Part shown: one piece after another, positions 1 to 8,156 of the stretch
How positions within the stretch are numbered: the first letter of the stretch is position 1
Layout of the letters: each line of letters starts with the position of its first letter
Source: Prevotellamassilia sp.
GTDB lineage: Bacteria; Bacteroidota; Bacteroidia; Bacteroidales; Bacteroidaceae
Direction of reading: 5' to 3'
Assembly (NCBI GenBank): GCA_018383375.1
Contig: JAHAWW010000040.1
Location: 1-45,350 of the forward strand
Length of the DNA stretch: 45,350 nt
The notes under the pieces: generated by a model
Told to the model about the DNA's origin: nothing
The model's database searches: none
What the model saw: the letters and a program-made list of their open reading frames with translations, nothing else
Made by a program: the position numbers and the translations under genes

Positions 1-14
1 GCCTCGCCTTTCGT

Positions 15-90
15 TGGTACACTCTCAGGGGTTCGAACACTGGACCCACTGATTAAGAGTCAGTTGCTCTACCAACTGAGCTAAGAGTGC
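15..90 (-). tRNA. tRNA-Lys(CTT), copy 1, with encoded CCA and one T-stem mismatch
   Basis: Reverse complement reads GCACTCTTAGCTCAGTTGGTAGAGCAACTGACT-CTT-AATCAGTGGGTCCAGTGTTCGAACCCCTGAGAGTGTACCA; cloverleaf with anticodon CTT. Confidence 0.93.
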
Positions 91-143
91 ATCTGAGTGG
101 ATGTTCAAAAAAAAGGACGGCGTGGTGTCTGTGCCAACCGGTG

Positions 144-216
144 TACACTCTCAGGGGTTCGAACCCTGGACCCACTGATTAAGAGTCAGTTGCTCTACCA
201 ACTGAGCTAAGAGTGC
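144..216 (-). tRNA. tRNA-Lys(CTT), copy 2
   Basis: Same sequence as copy 1 but with a perfect T-stem (CAGGG-TTCGAAC-CCCTG) and no encoded CCA. Confidence 0.97.
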
Positions 217-241
217 GTAGCCGTTTCTTTTTTTGCGACTG

Positions 242-249
242 CAAAGGTA
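242..249 (-). promoter_or_regulatory. Bacteroidetes sigma-A -7 element (TACCTTTG) for the tRNA-Lys pair
   Basis: Matches the TAnnTTTG consensus about 25 bp upstream of the tRNA. Confidence 0.7.
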
Positions 250-587
250 GTTCTTTCGCTTGAAACCACAAAGGTTTTGGCTGTTTTTTTCGTAACCGGC
301 GACTGGGTGCCTGCGACAAAAGAACTCCCCCACCCTTCGGCCGCCTACGGCAATGACTTTGTTCAAAAGGCAGGATGCTGTGTGACAAAACCTCACACGT
401 TTTATCTATTTTGAATACATTTTGACATTCTCCCGCAATAGAAGGTCGAAATCATTAGATTTGTTAATCCCGGGATGTAATGTATTGGTAGTCAACCTAT
501 AAGGCATAAATATTTTTCAAAAAAGCACAAAAAACGCACGAAAAGGCGCGGAAATCACTCTCGAAACGGAGCAAAACTTACTTGCCA

Positions 588-735
588 TAAGGACAGTTTT
601 CACTGAAAGTAACGCAAAAATTCCTGTCCTTAGCCCCGTAACGCCTTGAAACACAAAAAAAGAGGCCGCCAGGCCTCCCTCATCTTATTTCCTACGTCAA
701 AGATAAACCTAAATCGGGAGGCGACAAAATGACAA
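588..735 (-). repeat. Promoter-terminator-TAAGGACAG cassette, copy A
   Basis: Minus strand: TTGTCATTTT (735-726), TATCTTTG (705-698), hairpin GAGGCC-TGGC-GGCCTC plus T7, then GTGTTTCAAGGCGTTACGGGGCTAAGGACAG. Homologous to 35459-35605 and 15551-15714. Confidence 0.75.
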
Positions 736-759
736 AACACGGCGCCGTTTTTTATTGGG

Positions 760-865
760 CATTCCGCTCGCCTTGCACTATCTTCACATAAAACGGGCTA
801 CAGATTGGCAATGTTAAAATAAAACAAGTTTTATTTGTCATTCCGCTCGTCATGCACTAACTTTG
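760..865 (+). repeat. REP-like palindromic repeat (tandem units) ending in the -7 element TAACTTTG
   Basis: ATTCCGCTCG..TGCACTA occurs at 761 and 840; internal palindrome AAATAAAAC-AA-GTTTTATTT; same family as 33144-33332. Confidence 0.7.
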
Positions 866-928
866 CTTGATAAATGTAAATACGCGCCCGCACGCGTGAA
901 AAACACGAAAAAACCTACCATATAAATT

Positions 929-3274
929 ATGAACCGAATAATAGAAAAGAGCCAGTTCTCTGAAAACGTATTCCGCTTTGTCGTCGAAGCACCACTCATC
1001 GCACGTGCACGCAAAGCCGGACATTTTGTCATCGTCCGCACCGACCCACACGGCGAACGTATGCCCCTGACCATTGCTGAAGCCGACCCCGAAAAAGGCT
1101 ACATCACGCTCGTGGTGCAGCGAGTGGGCGTTTCGTCGGACAAACTCTGTGCGCTCAAAGCCGGCGATATGCTCGCCGACGTGGTGGGACCGCTCGGCAA
1201 AGCCACACACATCGAGAAGTTCGGCACCGTGGTCTGTGCCGGTGGCGGCGTGGGCACCGCTCCCATGCTCCCCATAGTCCAGGCCCTACACAAGGCCGGC
1301 AACAAAGTGATTGCCGTGATTGCCGGACGCTCTAAAGAACTCGTCATTCTGGAAAAAGAAATGCGCGAAAGCGCCGACGAGGTCATCGTCATGACCGACG
1401 ACGGTTCGTATGGCCGCAAAGGACTCATCACCGAAGGCGTGGAAGAGGTAATCAAACGCGAGAAGGTGGACAAATGTTTTGCCATCGGTCCGGCCATTAT
1501 GATGAAATTCGTCTGCCTGCTTACGAAAAAATATGACATACCGACCGACGTTTCGCTCAACACCATCATGGTGGACGGCACGGGCATGTGTGGCGCCTGC
1601 CGCATCTCCATCGGTGGTGTGACCAAGTTTGTTTGTGTAGACGGCCCCGAATTTGACGGCCATCAGGTTGACTTCGACGAGATGCTGGGACGCATGAAGG
1701 CTTTCAAAGAAGAGGAGACCTACGCCCGCGCACACGAAGACCTCACACACACCTTGCCCGAAGAGCCTTGTCGCGCGCAGAAGGCAGAAACGACTACAGC
1801 CGAAAACGCTGCGCCCACACAAGAAGACCCGTCGAGAGACGCCGAATGGCGCGTGGCACTGCGCAAAGCCATCAAGCCTAAAGAACGTATGGCCATTGCC
1901 CGTCACGACCCAAAAGAATTGGCACCCGAATATCGCGCACGCCAACTCAAAGAAGAAGTGACTGGCGCGCTCGACGCCGAAAGCGCACAAAGCGAGGCCT
2001 CACGATGCTTGGATTGCGCCAACCCCGGCTGTGTGCAGGGCTGCCCCGTAGGCATCGACATTCCGCGCTTCATCAAACACATCGAACAAGGCGATCCGCT
2101 CGCCGCAGCCCGCACGCTCAAAGAGTCGAGCGCACTGCCGGCAGTGTGTGGCCGCGTTTGCCCGCAAGAGAAACAGTGTGAAAGCCGATGCATCCACCTC
2201 AAAACAGGCGGCCGCGCCGTGGCCATTGGTCACCTTGAACGTTACGCCGCCGACTATGAACGCCAACACGGTTCTCAAGACAATGTCTGCCCCGCACCGT
2301 CAAATGGTCGCAAGGTGGCAGTGGTGGGCAGTGGTCCCGCCGGTCTGAGTTTTGCCGGCGACATGGCAGCCCGTGGCTATGAAGTGACGGTGTTTGAAGC
2401 ACTGCACGAGATTGGCGGCGTATTGAAATACGGCATTCCTGAATTCCGTCTGCCCAACGAAATCGTAGAGCACGAGGTGCAGGCTCTGTCGCGCCGCGGC
2501 GTGAAATTTGTCAAAGACTGCATCGTGGGCAAAACCGTCAGCATCGACTCGCTGCGCCAAGAAGGCTATGAAGGCATATTTGTGGCCTCGGGTGCAGGCT
2601 TGCCCAACTTTATGGGCATCCCCGGCGAAAATGCCGTAGGCGTGATGTCGTCAAACGAATACCTCACCCGCGTCAACCTGATGGACGCCTCCAACCCCTC
2701 GAGCGACACGCCGGTGCCTATGGCTAAACACGTGGCCGTGGTGGGCGGCGGCAACACAGCCATGGACTCTGTGCGCACGGCGCTGCGCTTGGGTGCCGAG
2801 ACGGCCACTATCATCTACCGCCGCTCTGAGGCTGAAATGCCGGCACGCCTCGAAGAGGTGCGCCATGCCAAAGAAGAGGGCGTGAAATTCCTCACCCTCC
2901 ACAATCCACTGGAATACATCGCCGACGAAAACGGACGGGTGAAACAAATCAAACTCCAAAAGATGGAACTCGGCGAACCCGACGCCAGCGGTCGCCGACG
3001 CCCCGTGCCCATTGAAGGCGGCATCGAAATCATCGACGCAGACCTTGTGGTGGTGAGCATCGGCGTTTCGCCCAACCCCATCGTGCCGACATCGGTCGAA
3101 GGACTTGAATTGGGACGAAAAGGCACCATTGCCGTCGACGACAATATGCAGAGTTCCATCCCCACGCTCTATGCCGGTGGCGACATTGTGCGTGGTGGTG
3201 CCACGGTCATCTTGGCCATGGGCGACGGTCGCCACGCGGCCGCGGCTATGCACGAGAGCCTCAGCAAGCAATAA
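929..3274 (+). CDS. Fused NfnA/NfnB-type flavoenzyme (PyrK-like NAD-binding subunit plus GltD-like NADPH-dependent glutamate synthase small subunit)
   Basis: N-terminal FNR-like domain with MVDGTGMCGACR..CVDGPEFD; C-terminal RCLDC..CVQGCP, CGRVCPQEKQCE, GSGPAG and GGGNTAMD motifs. Confidence 0.93.
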   Translation: MNRIIEKSQFSENVFRFVVEAPLIARARKAGHFVIVRTDPHGERMPLTIAEADPEKGYITLVVQRVGVSSDKLCALKAGDMLADVVGPLGKATHIEKFGTVVCAGGGVGTAPMLPIVQALHKAGNKVIAVIAGRSKELVILEKEMRESADEVIVMTDDGSYGRKGLITEGVEEVIKREKVDKCFAIGPAIMMKFVCLLTKKYDIPTDVSLNTIMVDGTGMCGACRISIGGVTKFVCVDGPEFDGHQVDFDEMLGRMKAFKEEETYARAHEDLTHTLPEEPCRAQKAETTTAENAAPTQEDPSRDAEWRVALRKAIKPKERMAIARHDPKELAPEYRARQLKEEVTGALDAESAQSEASRCLDCANPGCVQGCPVGIDIPRFIKHIEQGDPLAAARTLKESSALPAVCGRVCPQEKQCESRCIHLKTGGRAVAIGHLERYAADYERQHGSQDNVCPAPSNGRKVAVVGSGPAGLSFAGDMAARGYEVTVFEALHEIGGVLKYGIPEFRLPNEIVEHEVQALSRRGVKFVKDCIVGKTVSIDSLRQEGYEGIFVASGAGLPNFMGIPGENAVGVMSSNEYLTRVNLMDASNPSSDTPVPMAKHVAVVGGGNTAMDSVRTALRLGAETATIIYRRSEAEMPARLEEVRHAKEEGVKFLTLHNPLEYIADENGRVKQIKLQKMELGEPDASGRRRPVPIEGGIEIIDADLVVVSIGVSPNPIVPTSVEGLELGRKGTIAVDDNMQSSIPTLYAGGDIVRGGATVILAMGDGRHAAAAMHESLSKQ

Positions 3275-3314
3275 GTTCCTCACACTGTCTGACACTACAG
3301 ACACAAGCATAAAC

Positions 3315-3352
3315 AATCCGCCCACGATGACTAAGGTCAACGTGGGCGGATT
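3315..3352. terminator. Hairpin between convergent genes
   Basis: AATCCGCCCACG ... CGTGGGCGGATT, a perfect 12-bp stem. Confidence 0.7.
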
Positions 3353-3407
3353 ACTTATAAGTTTAAGATGTGCGCAGAGGCACAACAGTTTGTTTCAAAC
3401 AAAAGCC

Positions 3408-3548
3408 TCACTTGGCGGCATTGAGTTTGCGCAACTCGCGCCGGAGGTTCTGACACATGACACCGTTACCCATCTGACGATAACGGTCAAGCACATACTT
3501 GAGCGCCATGATGTTTTCGCTACAATTGGTGTTTTGTTTCATAATCAT
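3408..3548 (-). CDS. Small hypothetical protein, 46 aa (not in the ORF track)
   Basis: MIMKQNTNCSENIMALKYVLDRYRQMGNGVMCQNLRRELRKLNAAK*; A-rich upstream region, TAACTTTG at 3624-3617, hairpin downstream. Alternative start at 3542. Confidence 0.7.
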   Translation of the reverse strand: MIMKQNTNCSENIMALKYVLDRYRQMGNGVMCQNLRRELRKLNAAK

Positions 3549-3907
3549 TCCTTTCTTTTTTGTGCGGACGGTTTGCCTCGCACGTTGTTTAGTGTCTTGT
3601 CTTAGTTTTACATGGGCAAAGTTACGACGTCTACAGCCAATAAAAAAGCACTTGGACGAAACTTAACCGAAAATTAGCACGCAAACGGCCAAATTGGCAA
3701 CCGCGGTTGACGAAAAATAGCCCACTTTGCCACAAAACGCGCAAGAGAACCGTTAAAAAGTTACACTGAAAGCCCAAAAAATTCAATCAAAGATGCGATT
3801 TCTTCAAAAAAGTTTGGCCAATCTGACGAAACGCCGAACTTTGCATTTGTAGAACAACGGGAAACAACCGAAACACTTTATCTACAAACTTCAAAAACGA
3901 ACCGACT

Positions 3908-4909
3908 ATGAAAAAACTGTTGCTCACCCTGATGCTTTCGGCCGTATGTTTTATGGCCAAGGCTATAAACTATGAAGACGCACGCCGGGAGGCTTGGTTC
4001 CTCACCGACAAAATGGCCTATGAACTTAATCTGACGTCTGAACAATACGACAGAGCCTATCAGATTAACTTGGACTATCTCTTGAGCCTCAACACGGCGG
4101 CAGACTGCTACGGCTATTACTGGACCTACCGCGACACAGACTTGCGCTGCATCTTGTCTTCGTGGCAATATGCACTCTATTCCACACTCGACTATTTCTA
4201 CCGCCCAGTGAGATGGTTGCGCTCAGCCTGGTATTACCCCATCTGCGCCCATTACCGCCGTGGCTACTATTATTTTGACCGCCCCACCCTCTACGTGAGT
4301 TATCATGGCGGCATGTGGCACCGCCGAGGCCACAACGACCCCAGTCCTTACCGCCACTATGCCTACAGACCGGCACCCGGACTGCGCGACCACTACCACA
4401 GCCACCACGGCAAACCGGCCTATCGTCCCGAGCCCGGACGTCCTGGACACGGACGCCCCGGAAACGGACGCCCCGGACACGGCCGCTATGTGGGCAACGA
4501 AAAACCAAACCGCCCCACACCTTCACGCCCCGACAACAACAGTGCTGCACCTTCACGCCCCGGCAACAACAGTGCTGCACCCTCACGCCCCGGCAACAAC
4601 ACGTCAAACTCTGGCCGTGGGGTGACCAGCCCCGAAAACAATCGGCGCATCAATATTGAACGCCAATCGAGCTTGCGACCCTCGCAGACAAGGCCTTCAC
4701 AAAATCGCACCACGTCGAGAGAGGTGACGCCAAGCCGCACCGGCGGTGGCACCTACACCAGCCCGGGACGAAGCAACTCGAGCGCAAGCCGCCCCTCAAG
4801 AAGCTTTGACAACTCAAGTTCTTCTCGCTCAAATTCGGGCAAAGTGTCGTCTAGCTCGCGCAGCACCTCACGCAGCAGCAGCTCGCGCCAATTTGGCAAC
4901 GGACGCTGA
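3908..4909 (+). CDS. Exported hypothetical protein with Tyr/Trp-rich N-terminal domain and Ser/Arg/Pro/Gly low-complexity tail
   Basis: Signal peptide MKKLLLTLMLSAVCFMAKA; FLTDKMAYELNLT..AYQINLDY core; GRPGH and PSRPGNNSAA repeats. Confidence 0.85.
   Translation: MKKLLLTLMLSAVCFMAKAINYEDARREAWFLTDKMAYELNLTSEQYDRAYQINLDYLLSLNTAADCYGYYWTYRDTDLRCILSSWQYALYSTLDYFYRPVRWLRSAWYYPICAHYRRGYYYFDRPTLYVSYHGGMWHRRGHNDPSPYRHYAYRPAPGLRDHYHSHHGKPAYRPEPGRPGHGRPGNGRPGHGRYVGNEKPNRPTPSRPDNNSAAPSRPGNNSAAPSRPGNNTSNSGRGVTSPENNRRINIERQSSLRPSQTRPSQNRTTSREVTPSRTGGGTYTSPGRSNSSASRPSRSFDNSSSSRSNSGKVSSSSRSTSRSSSSRQFGNGR
4520..4600 (+). repeat. Intragenic 30-bp tandem repeat (about 2.7 copies)
   Basis: CCTTCACGCCCCG(A/G)CAACAACAGTGCTGCA units encoding PSRP(D/G)NNSAA. 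Confidence 0.85.
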
Positions 4910-4948
4910 CCTAAGCACAGACGTTTTGACGCCATTCATACATCACTA

Positions 4949-4989
4949 AAAAAGTCCTGCAAACCGCTCTTTGGCTTGCAGGACTTTTT
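4949..4989. terminator. Bidirectional intrinsic terminator
   Basis: AAAAAGTCCTGCAA ... TTGCAGGACTTTTT between convergent genes. Confidence 0.85.
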
Positions 4990-5018
4990 GTATTGATGGT
5001 TGTCACTCTCACGGAGAG

Positions 5019-5252
5019 TCAATGGCGGTTGGCCCGCTTGCGGCGATAGTCGGCCTTCATCTTGGCCGCGCCGGAGCCGTGAGAACCGGTGACAAATTTC
5101 TTCTTTTTGGCCTTCGTCTTGACGCCACCGGCCGAAGATTTGGGTCCGGCCTTGGCTCCTTTGAAAACAAGGCCGCCGGTCATGGCCTGCCTCACCTCGT
5201 CGGCAGAGACGTGGCGACCGGTCGTGAGTTGGGGGTCTGTGTTTTCTGTCAT
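5019..5252 (-). CDS. Small basic hypothetical protein, 77 aa
   Basis: ATG 18 bp after the purH-like stop, same strand, followed by a terminator; Lys/Arg-rich C-terminus KKKKFVTGSHGSGAAKMKADYRRKRANRH. Confidence 0.75.
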   Translation of the reverse strand: MTENTDPQLTTGRHVSADEVRQAMTGGLVFKGAKAGPKSSAGGVKTKAKKKKFVTGSHGSGAAKMKADYRRKRANRH

Positions 5253-5270
5253 AAACCTATGTTGATTAGA

Positions 5271-6458
5271 TTAGTGATGGAACAAACGAATGCCGGTGAA
5301 GGTCATCGCGATGCCATATTTGTCGCAAGTGGCAATGACATGGTCGTCGCGCACACTGCCGCCGGCCTGTGCCACATAGGCTACGCCGCTCTTGTGTGCT
5401 CGCTCGATGTTGTCGCCAAAGGGGAAGAAGGCGTCCGAACCCAGACAAACGCCCGTATTCTGGGCAATCCAGGCTTTCTTTTCCTCCATGGTGAGCACCT
5501 CGGGACGCTCGGTGAAGAAGGCACGCCAGTTGTCTCCGGCCAAGACATCGTCGTGGTCTTCAGAGATATAGATATCGATGGTGTTGTCGCGGTCGGCGCG
5601 GCGAATTTTTTCAACCCAAGGCAACGCCATCACTTTGGGATGCTGACGCAGCCACCAGATATCGGCTTTGTTTCCAGCCAGACGTGTGCAGTGAATACGG
5701 CTCTGCTGTCCGGCACCAATGCCGATGGCTTGTCCGTCTTTGACATAGCAGACCGAATTGCTTTGCGTGTATTTCAAGGTGATGAGCGCAATCTTCAGGT
5801 CACGGCGAGCCTCTTCGGGAAAATCTTTGGCCACGGTGGGGATATTGGCAAACAATTCGGCATCGTTGGTCAAATCAATTTCGTTACGCCCTTGCTCAAA
5901 CGTGACACCAAACACCTGCTTGCGCTCTAAGGGTTCAGGGCGATAGGCAGGATCGATGCGTAGCACGTTGTAGGTGCCTTTACGTTTTTCTTTAAGAATT
6001 TCAAGAGCCTCTGGCGTGTAGTCGGGTGCAATCACACCGTCAGAGACTTCACGTTTGATGAGCAGGGCAGTGGCTTTGTCGCACGTGTCTGAGAGGGCAA
6101 TAAAATCACCATAAGACGACATGCGGTCTGCGCCGCGAGCACGAGCATAGGCCGAGGCTATAGGCGTGAGCGGTTCGGTGATATCGTCCACAAAATAGAT
6201 TTTGCGGAGCGTGTCGTCAAGCGGTAATCCCACGGCAGCGCCAGCAGGCGAAACGTGCTTGAACGAGGTGGCGGCGGGCAGTCCGGTGGCAGCGTGGAGT
6301 TCGCGCACCAGTTGCCAGCCGTTGAGCGCATCAAGAAAGTTGATGTAGCCGGGACGACCGCTCAACACGGTGACGGGCAGTTCACTTCCATCGGCCATAA
6401 AAATGCGCGATGGTTTCTGGTTGGGATTACACCCATACTTCAAGGCTAATTCATTCAT
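5271..6458 (-). CDS. purH: AICAR formyltransferase (PurH transformylase domain only)
   Basis: LKYGCNPNQ, SFKHVSPAG, KYTQSNSV, GAGQQSRIHC, SDAFFPF and TGIRLFHH motifs. Confidence 0.93.
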   Translation of the reverse strand: MNELALKYGCNPNQKPSRIFMADGSELPVTVLSGRPGYINFLDALNGWQLVRELHAATGLPAATSFKHVSPAGAAVGLPLDDTLRKIYFVDDITEPLTPIASAYARARGADRMSSYGDFIALSDTCDKATALLIKREVSDGVIAPDYTPEALEILKEKRKGTYNVLRIDPAYRPEPLERKQVFGVTFEQGRNEIDLTNDAELFANIPTVAKDFPEEARRDLKIALITLKYTQSNSVCYVKDGQAIGIGAGQQSRIHCTRLAGNKADIWWLRQHPKVMALPWVEKIRRADRDNTIDIYISEDHDDVLAGDNWRAFFTERPEVLTMEEKKAWIAQNTGVCLGSDAFFPFGDNIERAHKSGVAYVAQAGGSVRDDHVIATCDKYGIAMTFTGIRLFHH

Positions 6459-6509
6459 ATTTAATTGGGCTTTTCGGGTTTGCTTATTTGAAATAAAAGC
6501 GTCTGCGCT

Positions 6510-7610
6510 TCATCGCTGCCAGACTTCAAGATAACGTTTGGCCACCTTGTGCATTTCGTGATGGCGCAAGATATATTCGCGGCTTTCGGCGGCAAGACTT
6601 GGAATGCGGTCGCGATGACGCACGAGACGACACAGGGCTTCAAAGACACTGCGCTCATTGGGCTGCACGTTGATGATGGGCCTCAGTTCCGTCTCATGAA
6701 GCACGGCATAGTTTTCCGGTTCGCCTCCGCCCACGACGACCATGCCACGCGACATAGCCTCGAGCGCATTCATAGCCGGTGTATAAGAATAGAGCTGGTC
6801 AAGGATGACGTCGCTCTCACCCAGTAGCCGGCGGTATTCGGCAAAAGGCACAGACTCCACTTTGACCATCTCACATTCGTCTGGAAAGAGCGCCACCACC
6901 TTTTCAAGCGCACGCAACATCACGTCGGTGCCTTTATAGACCGAGCGTCCACGCTGTATGCCGATGAAAAAGCGAAGTTTGTCGTGAGGCCGACCGTTGT
7001 TGGGCTCCGGCCGTGCCACTTCAGTGTCTATGGGAAAGGGAATGAACGTCTCTTTGTGGGCGAACTCAGCGGCATAGGCGGCGTGGTATTCATAAAGTCC
7101 GGAAATGATGCCGTCACAGTCGTTGGCGATGTAACGATTGATTTCGCCTTTAGGGCCTTCGAGCCAATCGCGCCGCCAGATGTCGAGTTCGGGAGAGTCT
7201 TTCGGCACAAGCGCCGTGTGGAAGTCGCTGTAACGGAACACATCGGGCGCAAGCGCTGCCTTGGCATAATAATAGTCCATGCCGAAAGCGCAAAGATAAA
7301 TGCGCTTGTTGTAGCGACGGAGGTAGTCGTAATAAGGTTTGATGCGCTCGCCGCGAAGAGGAAGAAAGACGGGGTTGATGCACTGCACCACGTCGTAGTC
7401 TCTGAAAGTCTTGAAGACCGTGCGTAATCTGTTCCAATAGCGAATTTTTGAGACGAATCCACCCATGCGTCGCGACAGGTCAATGTCTCGCGGATAGTTT
7501 TTCCATCCGTCGCCGTCGGAGGCGAGCGTCACCTGATGTCCCAGATGTCGCAGAGCCCCGGCCAGTGTGGCGTGGACGTTGCTATAGTCTCCGAGCAGCA
7601 ATATCTTCAT
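6510..7610 (-). CDS. Glycosyltransferase (GT-B fold, GT4-like)
   Basis: MKILLLGDYSNVH..GHQVTLAS N-terminus; KGTD and DQLYSYTPAMNALEAMSRG motifs. Confidence 0.85.
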   Translation of the reverse strand: MKILLLGDYSNVHATLAGALRHLGHQVTLASDGDGWKNYPRDIDLSRRMGGFVSKIRYWNRLRTVFKTFRDYDVVQCINPVFLPLRGERIKPYYDYLRRYNKRIYLCAFGMDYYYAKAALAPDVFRYSDFHTALVPKDSPELDIWRRDWLEGPKGEINRYIANDCDGIISGLYEYHAAYAAEFAHKETFIPFPIDTEVARPEPNNGRPHDKLRFFIGIQRGRSVYKGTDVMLRALEKVVALFPDECEMVKVESVPFAEYRRLLGESDVILDQLYSYTPAMNALEAMSRGMVVVGGGEPENYAVLHETELRPIINVQPNERSVFEALCRLVRHRDRIPSLAAESREYILRHHEMHKVAKRYLEVWQR

Positions 7611-8089
7611 GCCTCAGTCTCAGACTTTTTTCTCTCAGTTAGAAATTCAGCAAAGAGCGTTGCAGCCGTGCGCACCATCTCTGTGCAGGGTCGTTTGGCA
7701 TAATAGGCCGGTGTACGCGCCTCGGCTTGTGGCGAGGCATCGGTCTGTTCTTTTTTTGTCAAGCCAAGGAGCTCGCCGCAGATGAGCGAACCATTCTCAG
7801 CCTTGAAACGTGCGGCGAGTTGTTGCACGGCGGCATAGTTGGCCGATTTGCCTTCGCGGTCGGCCGGATCCGTCGAACCGGTCTCAAGGCCGGTGAGCAG
7901 GAACATACCGCAGGCAGCTCCACACGTTTGGCGCATACGGCCAATACCTCCACCAAACGATGCCGACATCTTGAGCGCCTGGTCGGTGGTGAAGTCATAG
8001 AGGTCAGCAAAAGCAGCCACTACCGACTGCGAACAATTATAGCCGGAACGAAAAAGTTCCACGGCCTTCGCTATTCTGTCTTCGTACAT
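7607..8089 (-). CDS. C_GCAxxG_C_C family putative redox protein
   Basis: GYNCSQSV, FGGGIGRMRQTCGAACG, GSLICGELLG, RPC. Start reassigned to MYEDRI; 4-bp overlap with the glycosyltransferase. Confidence 0.88.
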   Translation of the reverse strand: MYEDRIAKAVELFRSGYNCSQSVVAAFADLYDFTTDQALKMSASFGGGIGRMRQTCGAACGMFLLTGLETGSTDPADREGKSANYAAVQQLAARFKAENGSLICGELLGLTKKEQTDASPQAEARTPAYYAKRPCTEMVRTAATLFAEFLTERKKSETEA

Positions 8090-8156
8090 AAGTGGTTTGT
8101 TTTGGTGTGATGGCGTGTATTTGTTTAACTTTGCAAGCAACAAACAATGCCCCATA

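Noticed and set aside
151-396. 81-aa and 69-aa ORFs
   Set aside because: They overlap tRNA-Lys and its promoter.
380-398. GTGTGA-N7-TCACAC palindrome as a Rex or CRP site for the NfnAB-type gene
   Set aside because: Spacer is one base longer than TGTGA-N6-TCACA and the site is over 500 bp from the gene.
4971-5930. 319-aa plus-strand ORF
   Set aside because: Antisense to purH and the 77-aa ORF, and starts inside a terminator.
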